Shown here in pieces: positions 1-10,465 of a stretch of DNA of 64,000 bases. Position 1 is the first letter of the stretch, and each line of letters begins with the position of its first letter. The notes beneath the pieces were generated by a model, which made no database searches, was not told the origin of the DNA, and worked only from the letters and a program-made list of their open reading frames with translations. The position numbers were made by a program, and so were the translations under genes. This DNA is from Promethearchaeia archaeon (lineage in GTDB: Archaea > Asgardarchaeota > Lokiarchaeia > Sigyniarchaeales > SOKP01). Location of the stretch: assembly GCA_029856045.1 (NCBI GenBank), contig JAHQWG010000012.1, positions 140,110 through 204,109 of the forward strand, in the 5' to 3' direction.

Positions 1-173
1 GCTCCAATACCAGAATAGCCAGAAAAATTAAAATCTTTTTTATTTCTTAATTAAATTGTTCATTTCTTAGAATTTTAGATCTCTAGAAAAATAGTAAATT
101 TGAAATTTTTCAGAAAACTTATATGTTACATATTATATGTATAGTACACATAACAAATAAAATGATACTAAAT

Positions 174-494
174 ATGGCGGATATTAAAATGCAACTCAAA
201 GATCATCTAAAAAGCGCCGAAGATTGGGGGAAAATGGAGACTCCAATTCCAGGAGTTTATGTAGTGAAAGTGCCTGCTACAAAAACACGCCCTGCTCTTC
301 TATTTTTAGAGATAAATCCAATAAAAGACGATGGCAAACCAATAAAACGTAAGGGGCTTTTTATTGGAAATTTTGAAAATCTTTTACTCTTCTCAGAAGC
401 ACTTGCAGATGATAAAGTTGTTCAGCTTATAAGAACTCTTGAAGACATAAACCCGAAAGCTCAAACACAAATGAAAAAGTTAAAAATGGATTAA
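174..494 (+). CDS. Conserved archaeal hypothetical protein (possibly PC4-like ssDNA-binding fold)
   Basis: ORF track 123..494; ATG at 174 is the more plausible start; motif LEINP-x5-P-x-KRKGLFI; followed by a long T tract. Confidence 0.6.
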   Translation: MADIKMQLKDHLKSAEDWGKMETPIPGVYVVKVPATKTRPALLFLEINPIKDDGKPIKRKGLFIGNFENLLLFSEALADDKVVQLIRTLEDINPKAQTQMKKLKMD

Positions 495-520
495 TTTTTT
501 TTTTTTATTTTTATTTTTAT
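495..520 (+). terminator. Oligo-T archaeal-type terminator
   Basis: Long T runs immediately after the stop of 174..494. Confidence 0.45.
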
Positions 521-661
521 ATTAAATTCTAAGAAAAAAAAATATTGGGATGCAATTAATTGGAAATAATTAAAAATCTTATATTTTTTTTATATCTTAA
601 GACTCATTTATTTATATTATTATAAAATTTTCAAACTAAAATAAAAAAAATATGATTTAGA

Positions 662-928
662 ATGGAAGATAAATGTGATGAGTGTGATGGTGCTATCTTT
701 AGAATCGTAAATGATAGTATTCTAAAGCGAAGGTACAACTTTGTAACCGATACTAATTTGAAGATGTGTGAAGATTGTGGCGCGAAATATATTACATGTA
801 AAAATTGTGGTGCGCTATTAACTCGAGTACATCTTTCATTAGATGTATATGGTGTTAGGAGTAAATGCCGATCATGTGGTACTGAAGATCCAGAAGTTGC
901 AGCATGGATTAAAAGGGGGGGCGGGTAA
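662..928 (+). CDS. Small zinc-finger protein (four CxxC pairs)
   Basis: CDEC, CEDC, CKNC and CRSC motifs in 88 aa. Confidence 0.75.
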   Translation: MEDKCDECDGAIFRIVNDSILKRRYNFVTDTNLKMCEDCGAKYITCKNCGALLTRVHLSLDVYGVRSKCRSCGTEDPEVAAWIKRGGG

Positions 929-1054
929 AAAAAGTTTTTCACTTTTTTATTCTTATTTTTTTAAAAATAGAATAATCTTGATAATTAAAAATTAATAAAT
1001 GATTAAAGAGATATTTTCTATATATCTTTATAAATATTATTTAGGTATCATATT

Positions 1055-1504
1055 ATGGACGTTCGTATTCGAGTCGGAACTCCTGATGATAGAGCGACAT
1101 TAAAAAAGTTTGTTAATCAACTGGTTGCTGATTTAGGAGAAGATTTTGATGAAAAGAGATTTGATTGGGGCATATTACGTAGATTATATGATCCATTGCA
1201 AAGGCATGGCATCTTCATAGCAGAAAATGAAGAAAATGGTGAACCAGCCGGAATGATCGTTGCTGAATTGAGAGTTGATCCCTATGGTTTAAGTGAAGGA
1301 TATATAAAGTTAGTTTTTGTAAGTCCAGAGTATAGAGAAAAAGGAGTTGGAGAAAATTTGCTACAAGAGGCTCTAAATCATCTAAAGAAAATCAAAGTTC
1401 AAAGAGTTAAGATAAATCTTAAAGAAGAAGCGATAAAAGCAGCTAAACTATATGAAAAATATAAATTTAAAAAGAAATACGAAGTACTGGAATTAAAATT
1501 CTGA
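1055..1504 (+). CDS. GNAT family N-acetyltransferase
   Basis: Motif A VSPEYREKGVGENLL; A-x2-LYEKYKF near the C-terminus. Confidence 0.9.
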   Translation: MDVRIRVGTPDDRATLKKFVNQLVADLGEDFDEKRFDWGILRRLYDPLQRHGIFIAENEENGEPAGMIVAELRVDPYGLSEGYIKLVFVSPEYREKGVGENLLQEALNHLKKIKVQRVKINLKEEAIKAAKLYEKYKFKKKYEVLELKF

Positions 1505-1528
1505 TAAGTTGATGGAGAATTAAATTTA

Positions 1529-2527
1529 ATGGCATTGGATAATGAATCCTTATTAGATGTTCCTTGGATTGAGAAATATAGACCACAGGAATTCGAGGAT
1601 ATTATTAGCCAGAATCTCGCAATTAATAATTTAAAAAGATTTATTAATAGTAAAACAGTTCCTCATCTTATTTTTACTGGTCCTGCGGGAAATGGTAAAA
1701 CAAGTTCGGCTTTAATTTTAACACATAAATTATTAGGTAATGATTGTAAAAAGAAAGGGCTTCTTCTAGAATTAAATGCCTCTGATAATGTCAGGATGGA
1801 ATATGTTAGGAATATTTTGAAAAAATTTGTTAATCAATCATTAATTTCACAAGATTCGGAAGAGAATCATGGTAAAATCGTGATTCTTGATGAGGCAGAT
1901 AATATTCCTGGAACTGTTCAGCAGGCATTAAGAAGAATCATTGAAAAATCTTCAGGAAATGTAATTTTTATATTCTTGTGTAATAATATAAACCGAATTA
2001 TAGATCCACTTATTTCAAGATGTGCAGTTTTAAGATTTACACCATTAAATAAAGAGAAAATAATTTCTCGTTTAAAATTTATAATAAAGAAAGAAAACAT
2101 CACTATAAAGAATCAAGATAAATTGTTAGATATATTATTTTTCATCAGTGAAGGAGATCTTAGAAAAGCAATAAATACATTACAAATGACTGTTGCTTTA
2201 GAAATTATTGATGATCTAAAACTTGATGAAATTTATTCGATCTCCGGCTATTTCAAACCAGAAATCTTGGAAAAATTATTTAATGCTTTAAAACTAAGAA
2301 AAATTGATGATTTAAAAGATATAGGTAAAAGTCTTAGGGGATACTCAAGTAGAAATTTAATAAGACAAGTGCTATTAAAAATATCTCAAGAGAAGGATTT
2401 AAATAATATAAATTTAGCAAAAATTTATAATTTCCTTGGAGAATACGAATTTAGAATAACTCAAGGTTCTAATTCAGAAATTCAATTAAATGCATTATTT
2501 AATATGATCAGTAGGGAGTTGAGATAA
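1529..2527 (+). CDS. rfcS: Replication factor C small subunit
   Basis: PWIEKYRP, Walker A GPAGNGKT, ELNASD, Walker B ILDEAD, SRC arginine finger, GDLRKAIN. Confidence 0.95.
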   Translation: MALDNESLLDVPWIEKYRPQEFEDIISQNLAINNLKRFINSKTVPHLIFTGPAGNGKTSSALILTHKLLGNDCKKKGLLLELNASDNVRMEYVRNILKKFVNQSLISQDSEENHGKIVILDEADNIPGTVQQALRRIIEKSSGNVIFIFLCNNINRIIDPLISRCAVLRFTPLNKEKIISRLKFIIKKENITIKNQDKLLDILFFISEGDLRKAINTLQMTVALEIIDDLKLDEIYSISGYFKPEILEKLFNALKLRKIDDLKDIGKSLRGYSSRNLIRQVLLKISQEKDLNNINLAKIYNFLGEYEFRITQGSNSEIQLNALFNMISRELR

Positions 2528-2533
2528 ATAACA

Positions 2534-3580
2534 ATGACTATTAATTCTCCCGTTTGGTCGGTTAAATACAAACCAAAAACTTTAAGTGAAATTTGTGGTA
2601 GAGAACAAATTAAATTTCAATTAAAAGAGTATATTTCAAAAAAAAATTTCCCTCATTTACTTTTGACTGGCTATTACGGAGTTGGAAAAACTACAATTGC
2701 AAAATGTTTTGCTAAAGAATTTTTAGGAGGATCTTATGAATCTAATTTGAAAACTCTTTTTGCAGACGTACCCATATCCAAAGAAGAAAGAAAGCAAGCT
2801 GGAATTAGATCAACCTTTTCTACAGGGATGATTGGAAGTCGAGCAGGGAAGAGAAGATATATCCATCCCTTTCTGGATATAAAAGTAAAACCTTTTATTC
2901 AAATAAGAGTGCTTGGAGAAGCTCCCTTTAAAATATTAGTTGTTAAAAATTTTGAAGCTTTAGGACAATTTCAACAAGGCTTTAGAAGGCTTATGGAAAC
3001 TTATGGATCTAATTGTAGAATGATTCTAATTACTTCTAAAATCTCAACAATTATTGATCCGATCATTTCTCGTTGTCAAATTTTATTTATCCCTCCTGTA
3101 GAATTTAAAGACTATAGTGATTTTATTAAGGGAGTATCAAAAAAAGAAGATATTAACATAAATGAGCCTGCACTTAAAATTCTTTATAAATATTCAGAGG
3201 GTCAATTAAATAAAGCAATTAATATCTTGCAATTATCTGCAATGTTATCAACTAATATCAATTCAGAAGTATTATACGAAGTAATCAATAGTACTAAGGA
3301 TAAGAAAATAAAAGAATTGTTAAAACTGATTTTAAAAAGCGATTTTTCTGCCGTAAGAGCACAATTGAGAGCAATTCGAAGAGAATTTAACTATTCTGCG
3401 CAAGAAGTATATAAAAAATTATTAGATGAGATATTTATATTGCCTTTAAGTAAATCTATCAAAATTCAATATATTAATTATATTGCCGAGGCTGATTTTA
3501 AAAGTATAGATGGCTTGGATCCTGATATTCAATTATCGAATTTAGTATCTAAATTGTGTTTTTTATTTGAAAAAATCTAA
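2534..3580 (+). CDS. Replication factor C small subunit 2 (degenerate Walker B)
   Basis: WSVKYKP, GYYGVGKTT, IISRC; Walker B replaced by ILVVKNFE; RFC C-terminal collar region; lies between rfcS and rfcL. Confidence 0.9.
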   Translation: MTINSPVWSVKYKPKTLSEICGREQIKFQLKEYISKKNFPHLLLTGYYGVGKTTIAKCFAKEFLGGSYESNLKTLFADVPISKEERKQAGIRSTFSTGMIGSRAGKRRYIHPFLDIKVKPFIQIRVLGEAPFKILVVKNFEALGQFQQGFRRLMETYGSNCRMILITSKISTIIDPIISRCQILFIPPVEFKDYSDFIKGVSKKEDININEPALKILYKYSEGQLNKAINILQLSAMLSTNINSEVLYEVINSTKDKKIKELLKLILKSDFSAVRAQLRAIRREFNYSAQEVYKKLLDEIFILPLSKSIKIQYINYIAEADFKSIDGLDPDIQLSNLVSKLCFLFEKI

Positions 3581-3607
3581 TGGAAATTTAATAAAAAGGA
3601 ATCAATA

Positions 3608-4873
3608 TTGAAACAGAGAGAAAAAAAAACAGAATTACCCTGGGTGGAAAAGTATAGACCTAAATCAATTAGGGATATGGCAAAGCCCGTCGCAAAAGTA
3701 AATAGACAAAAAATCGATTTAATTGATGAGTTAATTAAATTCATCAAAAATTTTAAAAAAGATAGTAAAGAAAAGGCAATATTACTTGAAGGATCACCAG
3801 GCATTGGAAAAACTTCGGTTGTTTATGCTATAGCCAATGATCTAAACATGCAAGTAATAGAAACAAATGCATCTGATACTCGAACACAACGATCTCTAAA
3901 AAGTAAATTAGATGAAGCTTCCAAAGCAAGAGATATGATGGATTTTATATCTAAATCTAAAAATAAAATTATCCTTATTGATGAAATAGATGGAATTTAT
4001 GGAGTTAGTGATAAAGGAGCTATTCCAACTGTTTTAGAAATTATGAATAATAGTGAATTTCCAATTATCATAATCGCTAATGAATATAAAAGAAGTTTAA
4101 CTCCAATTTATAAAAAAGTAAAAAAATTTGAAGTTCAACCCTTATCTGAGGAAGCTGTTATTAAAATACTAGAAAAAATCCTTAAAAAAGAAAATATTCA
4201 TGATTTTAAACCTAAAGATTTAATTTCTATTGCCCAGAAAAACAAAGGTGATCTACGTGCTTCTATTAATGATCTCCAAGGATTAATGCAAGGTGGAAGA
4301 AGCGCTGAATCTCTTAGAAATATTGATGAACTTCAAAGAGATACATCTGAAGTTATTTTTTCTCTAATACGGTCTCTATTTACAGAAGTAAAAACATTAA
4401 TCGATGCAAAAAGATTACTTGATAAATCAGATGTGGATTATAGTTTATTATATAGATGGGTAAATGAAAATTTGCCGAAATATATTAATTTAAATGATGA
4501 GCTGGTCGATGCGTTTGAAAATATTTCCACTGCAGACCAGATATTTGGTCGAATAAGAAAATATCAAAATTGGGCTTTACTGCCTTATTTCTTTGATTTA
4601 TTTGGTGGAGGTGTTTCTCTTGCTAAAAAGAGGAGTTATACCCCAAAATTTGTAAGAACTACTTTTCCTGAAATTATTTCAAATATAATTGGTAGAGATA
4701 AACTTTCTTTAGCAAAAAAAATAGAGGATGTATATGAAATTTCCGCTATCGAAGCAACAAGAACTGTAATTCCATTCCTGAGACTATTATCCTCGAAATC
4801 AATAAAAATGAAAAAGGAGATAAGCGATTGGCTGCAACTCGATTCAAAAGAGAAACAAGTTTTGAAAAAATAG
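3608..4873 (+). CDS. rfcL: Replication factor C large subunit
   Basis: PWVEKYRP, GSPGIGKT, ETNASDTR, LIDEIDG, GDLRASINDLQ, WVNEN; TTG start. Confidence 0.93.
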   Translation: MKQREKKTELPWVEKYRPKSIRDMAKPVAKVNRQKIDLIDELIKFIKNFKKDSKEKAILLEGSPGIGKTSVVYAIANDLNMQVIETNASDTRTQRSLKSKLDEASKARDMMDFISKSKNKIILIDEIDGIYGVSDKGAIPTVLEIMNNSEFPIIIIANEYKRSLTPIYKKVKKFEVQPLSEEAVIKILEKILKKENIHDFKPKDLISIAQKNKGDLRASINDLQGLMQGGRSAESLRNIDELQRDTSEVIFSLIRSLFTEVKTLIDAKRLLDKSDVDYSLLYRWVNENLPKYINLNDELVDAFENISTADQIFGRIRKYQNWALLPYFFDLFGGGVSLAKKRSYTPKFVRTTFPEIISNIIGRDKLSLAKKIEDVYEISAIEATRTVIPFLRLLSSKSIKMKKEISDWLQLDSKEKQVLKK

Positions 4874-4900
4874 AGATAATGATGCCTTTAAGATAGTTTT

Positions 4901-5512
4901 TTATAATTTCTTATAAAACATATATATTGCATTAACAAGGATCCAAGATGTAATTATAAATGTTACAGCCCATTCTGTTATCGGCCACCATGTAAATAAG
5001 TTAAACAAGATTACACCAATACCAATAAAACCATGAAAAGCTTGTAATTTTGAAAATTTTGAATTTTTTAAAATTAAAATGCTAAAAAGAGTTAAGTAAA
5101 GAATCTCGCATATCCAATTTATCAAAGCAAAAATGACATGAAAAAATAAAATAACATTATTCTGTATTGCTGGAAAGCATCCGATAAGTGAAAAAGAAAT
5201 GCAAGAAATAATGGAAATAATCACTGCACTTTTTTCAAGACTGTCATAATTATTATCACTTCTAAAAACTCGACCAAAATAAATAAAAAATGGTATTGCC
5301 AATATTCCAGCTAAAACTAATCCCAAATTAAAAAAAAATCCACCTGGGCCTACACCCAATTCGCTTATCATATCGAGAAGAAAATTATAGTTTGGAGATA
5401 ATAATAATGCGATAGTATTAAATAAAAGTCCAATTGCAACCGATAATATACCATAGACACTGCCACGTGCAAATCTATAAAGTTTTTCAATAAAACTATT
5501 GTATTTTTCCAT
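4901..5512 (-). CDS. DUF998-like membrane protein
   Basis: About 6 TM helices; ISELG...FNLGL, IGCFP and HVIFA motifs. Confidence 0.75.
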   Translation of the reverse strand: MEKYNSFIEKLYRFARGSVYGILSVAIGLLFNTIALLLSPNYNFLLDMISELGVGPGGFFFNLGLVLAGILAIPFFIYFGRVFRSDNNYDSLEKSAVIISIISCISFSLIGCFPAIQNNVILFFHVIFALINWICEILYLTLFSILILKNSKFSKLQAFHGFIGIGVILFNLFTWWPITEWAVTFIITSWILVNAIYMFYKKL

Positions 5513-5710
5513 AATTATTCAATTCTATAAATATTTTAAATTGTTTTGCGAAATTAAAAAAAATTCTTCATTTTAGAATTAAATTAAATATATTTAGACT
5601 ACTCTAAAATGAGTAAATACTAGGGATTATTTGAGTAATCCTTTTTATAGAATGGGATATTTTTATATATAATAACTTTTTTAAAATCATTTCTTTAAGT
5701 TGGATTAAAA

Positions 5711-6523
5711 ATGGAGCCAGAATCAAAGATAATTCTTCCTAAAAGCTATTTTAACTCAAAATCTATTGCATTTCTAAGCGTAATGAGTGCATTGGGCGTG
5801 GTTTTAGCATTTTTATCAGTATATACGTTACCTATAGGTCCCGGTGTCGCAATTGATTTGTCACATATAGGTACATATATTGTAGCTTTAAGTGGGGGAC
5901 CTTTGTTAGGTTCAATAGCAGGAGCTATAGTAGGGCTTATTCCTGCTTTTCGTTTTGCAAATCCAGCGTTGATACCAGGAAAAGTTTTAACTGGATTCTC
6001 TGTTGGATTTATTTATTATATTCTAAATGCAAAAATAACATTCTTTAAACAATATAAATATAAGAAAATATTTGCAATTTTAATTTCAGGAATTTTAGGT
6101 TATATTCCTGAAATGATTTTCACGATATGGGATTTAAATATAATTATAGGAATGCCAGAAGCAGTAGTTTTTGAAATCTTAATTAAAGCATGGATAGAAA
6201 TTATCGTAATTTCAATTCTAATGAGTATAATATTTAAAAATAAACATATTTCAGACCTGATTAGTAATTTAATTGGAGAACGAGAACAAATCAGAACGTC
6301 TGAAATCTTAGTTTTTACTAGTATAATCGATGCATCAATGCTGTTTTTAATGTTAATTTTCCTTCCATTCGACTTTTATTCACATGCATGGGGTTGGACT
6401 TTTACCAGTCAAACGGAATTTGAATATTTTATGTGGATAGTCGGACTAACAATTATTTTAGCCGGAATTATATTATATATTGCATACGATCTGAAGATTA
6501 AAAAGAAAAGAGAAATAAATTAA
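5711..6523 (+). CDS. ECF transporter S component with C-terminal TM extension
   Basis: IAFLSVMSALGVVL...IDLSHIG...GGPLLGSIAG pattern; hydrophobic throughout. Confidence 0.75.
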   Translation: MEPESKIILPKSYFNSKSIAFLSVMSALGVVLAFLSVYTLPIGPGVAIDLSHIGTYIVALSGGPLLGSIAGAIVGLIPAFRFANPALIPGKVLTGFSVGFIYYILNAKITFFKQYKYKKIFAILISGILGYIPEMIFTIWDLNIIIGMPEAVVFEILIKAWIEIIVISILMSIIFKNKHISDLISNLIGEREQIRTSEILVFTSIIDASMLFLMLIFLPFDFYSHAWGWTFTSQTEFEYFMWIVGLTIILAGIILYIAYDLKIKKKREIN

Positions 6524-6550
6524 AAAAAAAATACCAAAAAATATTATTTC

Positions 6551-8002
6551 TTATTTTTTTTCGATTATTTCTTTTACATAATAAAATCCGACTAGATTTC
6601 CAAAATCTGGATATTTTCTTGAAGCTAATAAAATAATTACATGATTATTTAACTCAAAATGCCCATGATCAACAGCATATTGAACTGCTTGACTTATAAT
6701 ATCCTCTACGGATTGATTAAAAAAATTTTCATCTGTAATATGGATTGGCATGACACCCCATAAAAGTTTCAATTCTCTTGCAGTTCTTTTAAACGGAGTA
6801 ATTGCATATATCGGTAGTGGTGGTCTATATTTAGAAATCATCCGGCAACCAAATCCTTTTCTGGTAATAACTAAAATCTTACCTTGATAATTTAAATTTA
6901 CTAATTGATGTGAAAGATCTAAAATACCTCTACCTAATAATTGTGTATGTTGTAGTTTTTCAGAGTCAAATTCAGCAGGATCTCGTGCAGGTATAATCTC
7001 AGAAGCAGTATTTGCAATTCTGTTCATGTAGCTTACACTTTGTATTGGGAATTTTCCCATAGCTGTTTCGGCTGAAAGCATTACAGCATCCGTGCCATCG
7101 AATACAGCATTGAATACATCACTTGCTTCTGCTCTAGTAGGGATTGGATTTATTGTCATCGATTCCAGCATCTGTGTAGCTGTTATTACAGGCTTTCCTA
7201 AGATATTACATTGTTTTATTATTTCCTTCTGTTTGACAGGAACTAGGTCTGGGGATATCTCAACGCCCAAGTCTCCTCTTGCAACCATTATTCCATCAGA
7301 AACATCCAAAATCTGCGCAAAATTTTTTAAAGCTATCGGTCTTTCAATTTTAGAAATTAATTTGATTTCTGAATTACTAAAATTTTGCATCAATTTTTTA
7401 ACGTTCAATACATCGGCTGCTGTTCCAACAAAAGAAATAGCTAAAAATTCAGGATCAAGCTTTGCAATTAATTTCATATCTTCTACATCTTTTTTAGTTG
7501 GAACTTTCTGTTTAAGTTCACCAGAAGGGATATTAACTCCTTTATTAGAGGAAATTGGTCCGCCCGAAATTACTTGTCCTATTATATGATCCTTTTCTTT
7601 ACTTTTAATTTCAATTCGAATGATACCATCATTAATAAATATAAAATCTCCAACATTTATATCCGAAAGAAAACCATCATAGGGGATGCTGAATTGTTCT
7701 TCATTTCCTTCAATGTTTTCTTCATAAATCTTTATTTTTTGATTCACATTCATAATAAATGGTTCTTTTATTGTTCCAACCCTAATTTTAGGGCCTTGTA
7801 TATCGCACATTATGCCAATATATTCATTTACTTCTCGAATCATTTTAAAAGTTTCAGTTTTTTGTTCATGCGTTCCATGAGAAAAATTTAATCGAAAAAC
7901 GTCAACACCCGTATCAATTAATCTTTTAAGTGTGGCTTTATTATTAGAAGCAGGACCAAGTGTAGCTACAATTTTTGTTTTAACCAATTTTTCATAAGAC
8001 AT
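6551..8002 (-). CDS. pyk: Pyruvate kinase
   Basis: KTKIVATLGPAS, RLNFSHG, DIQGPKIR, SKIE, MVARGDLGVE, ATQMLESM, PTRAEASDV. Confidence 0.98.
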   Translation of the reverse strand: MSYEKLVKTKIVATLGPASNNKATLKRLIDTGVDVFRLNFSHGTHEQKTETFKMIREVNEYIGIMCDIQGPKIRVGTIKEPFIMNVNQKIKIYEENIEGNEEQFSIPYDGFLSDINVGDFIFINDGIIRIEIKSKEKDHIIGQVISGGPISSNKGVNIPSGELKQKVPTKKDVEDMKLIAKLDPEFLAISFVGTAADVLNVKKLMQNFSNSEIKLISKIERPIALKNFAQILDVSDGIMVARGDLGVEISPDLVPVKQKEIIKQCNILGKPVITATQMLESMTINPIPTRAEASDVFNAVFDGTDAVMLSAETAMGKFPIQSVSYMNRIANTASEIIPARDPAEFDSEKLQHTQLLGRGILDLSHQLVNLNYQGKILVITRKGFGCRMISKYRPPLPIYAITPFKRTARELKLLWGVMPIHITDENFFNQSVEDIISQAVQYAVDHGHFELNNHVIILLASRKYPDFGNLVGFYYVKEIIEKK

Positions 8003-8036
8003 AAAAAATCAACTAGAAATAATTTTATTAATCAAA

Positions 8037-8486
8037 TTAATTGGTCATTTCTGATATCTTAATTAATTTATATCTTAGCTCTTTATATACTATTTTCATT
8101 ATCGTTTTGGTTTTGAAAAAATCATCCTTATTTTTTATCTCTTTTAAACACATTAAACTCAATCTAAATTGTTTAGCTTTTAGTGGATATTGTGTCAAAA
8201 GTAAGTTAGCTCTTTTTACTAAATCTCTAGCAATAAAAACAAGTAAATCAGAACTTTGATATGCTAAAATAAAAGATATGAAATAAAGATATTTTGGTTT
8301 GTTTTCAGGATTAATAAATTTTATTAGATAAAAACGGTCTTTTAATTCATCTTTTAAAGAATAAATCGCTTTAACTTTATAGTTATGTCGTTTTTTTCTT
8401 AAATTTTCTGAAATAGGGAGAAATTTTCCTTTTAATCTGTTATTTCTTAACTCGAATGTTTTTATAAATACACTAAAAGAACTCAT
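8037..8486 (-). CDS. Hypothetical basic protein
   Basis: 149-aa ORF directly upstream of pyk on the same strand. Confidence 0.6.
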   Translation of the reverse strand: MSSFSVFIKTFELRNNRLKGKFLPISENLRKKRHNYKVKAIYSLKDELKDRFYLIKFINPENKPKYLYFISFILAYQSSDLLVFIARDLVKRANLLLTQYPLKAKQFRLSLMCLKEIKNKDDFFKTKTIMKIVYKELRYKLIKISEMTN

Positions 8487-8616
8487 ATTGATTAAAGAAG
8501 AATATGAAATAATAATAATAATTTTTACAATTAACTATTAAATTTAATCTAAATAACTTTAATAATAGAGATTTAAGATTGAAAAAAAATAAAAAAAATT
8601 GAGTTATTTAATTTTT

Positions 8617-9120
8617 TTAAAAACCTTCACTTGCCGAAAGTGCTGCTATTGCTCCATAAAATAATCCGTTTATAACCCCACTCAATATATAAACTAGAAT
8701 AGTTACGACTTCAACCGAGAGGGAACCTCCGATAATGCCTAAGATTAAAGGAACAACAGCACAAATAATGGCGATTAAGAACCAAGCTCCGAATGCTGCT
8801 CCTTTACCCTCTCCAGTTCGTCCAGCAATAATTGCGGCTAATATTGGTGGAACAATTAATCCTATCATTACAATTAAAGCTACAATCATTGCATCAGGAG
8901 TTGCGGCTAATATTGCTAATATTCCTAGAGTTAACCATGCAGTTCCAGGGAGAATTAATATTGGAGCGAACAGACCACTGATAAATGCCATTGGATCTGT
9001 TGTTATTAAACCAAAATATGTATCTATTTGATTTAATAAAAGGGCAACAATTAGTGCAAAAACAAAATTCAAAGCTACATAAATTAGTAAACCTAAGCCA
9101 AATGCTTTACCAAAGCCCAT
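8617..9120 (-). CDS. Hypothetical multi-pass membrane protein
   Basis: About 5 Gly/Ala-rich hydrophobic helices. Confidence 0.75.
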   Translation of the reverse strand: MGFGKAFGLGLLIYVALNFVFALIVALLLNQIDTYFGLITTDPMAFISGLFAPILILPGTAWLTLGILAILAATPDAMIVALIVMIGLIVPPILAAIIAGRTGEGKGAAFGAWFLIAIICAVVPLILGIIGGSLSVEVVTILVYILSGVINGLFYGAIAALSASEGF

Positions 9121-9251
9121 TTAAAAATCGAACTCTTATTTTTTTTTTTTATTTTAATATAAATTATTTTAATATAGTATAACTAAGGATTATATAAATA
9201 TATAAATCTTTAAGAGTCCATTCTTTTAAATTGATTTTTTCTTAGTGGAAA

Positions 9252-10334
9252 TTATTGCCTTTCAGAAGTTGAAATACAAGAAGAGTCCCCAATTATTATG
9301 TTTTCTTTGATAAGATCTTCCAGAGTAGAGAAATCTCCAATTAGACTACTTGAAGTAATAATTTGATTTAGAGATGTATTATCTCCAATTATTGTATCCG
9401 AACAAATACATTTATTTAGAACGACATTATCTCCCAGAGAAACATATGGGCCTATTATCGAATTGGTGATTTTTGCATTTTCACCAATTATTACTGGAGG
9501 TATTATTTTAGAAGATATAGAATTTCCTTTAATTCTTAAAGATTCATAAAGTGGATCAATTTGTTTTATCTCACTTAACAAATAGCGATTTCCCTCAATA
9601 AGACTCTCTGGACGACCAAAATCTAATATGATATCATGCATTTTATTTATTTTAACTTTTTTTCCCATTTCAATTAATTTTTGTATTATTGATGTTAATT
9701 GGTGTTCTCTTCCATTATCAAGTGGAATTTCGTATTGTTTTTGGATTAATTCAAAAAAAATGGAAGAAACTGAATTATTGATTAAATATGCTCCTGAAAC
9801 AGCAAGGTTTGAAATAAATTGCTCGGGTTTTTCTATAATCTTTTTTATATTACCACCCTCATCACATTGTACTACCCCATAATATTCTGGTTGTTTAACT
9901 TCTTGCACATTAATTAAAATATCAAATTGATCTTGATGAAAAGAGATTAACATTGATGAGTAGTCTCGAGTTGGTAATCTATCACCTAAAATGATGAAAA
10001 AATCCTTATTTCTTACATAATCTTTAGCCAATAAAATGGCATCAGCTAAACCAGAGAAATAGGGTGCATCATCTTCAAAACCTAAAGGTTTTTGTTCTAC
10101 AAAAAAAAGTTTATAATAATCTGAGTAATTTTCTTTTAAATAATCAGAAATCTGTCTTCCTTTATATCCAATAATAAATAGAAGATTTGTACCTCGTGGA
10201 AAATTGTTTTTCAATTTAATCAATAAATGATCAATAAGTTTATTCCCTGCAATTTTTAAAAACGCCTTAGGCTTTGTATAAGTGAATGGTTGGAGTCTTT
10301 TTCCAACACCAGCTATCGGAATAACAATCCACAT
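9252..10334 (-). CDS. Sugar-phosphate nucleotidyltransferase (glucose-1-phosphate thymidylyltransferase long-form type, C-terminal left-handed beta-helix)
   Basis: AGVGKRLQPFTYTKPK, GLADAI, YGVV, IEKP, hexapeptide repeats. Confidence 0.92.
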   Translation of the reverse strand: MWIVIPIAGVGKRLQPFTYTKPKAFLKIAGNKLIDHLLIKLKNNFPRGTNLLFIIGYKGRQISDYLKENYSDYYKLFFVEQKPLGFEDDAPYFSGLADAILLAKDYVRNKDFFIILGDRLPTRDYSSMLISFHQDQFDILINVQEVKQPEYYGVVQCDEGGNIKKIIEKPEQFISNLAVSGAYLINNSVSSIFFELIQKQYEIPLDNGREHQLTSIIQKLIEMGKKVKINKMHDIILDFGRPESLIEGNRYLLSEIKQIDPLYESLRIKGNSISSKIIPPVIIGENAKITNSIIGPYVSLGDNVVLNKCICSDTIIGDNTSLNQIITSSSLIGDFSTLEDLIKENIIIGDSSCISTSERQ

Positions 10335-10465
10335 ATTTTGAGGAGCTTGTTTTTATTTTTAATATATTAATGCGCTTATTTAATAGTTATATTAAATCAT
10401 GTAGGATATTATTTAGAATTATACTATAAAATAAGAGTAAATAATAATTAATTTTCGGTTTAAAA

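Noticed and set aside
631-942. Antisense/overlapping ORFs in the track (e.g. 631-942, 7092-7589, 8735-9031, 49441-49881, 51045-51437, 57752-58105)
   Set aside because: They are shadows of well-supported genes on the opposite strand and have no recognisable motifs
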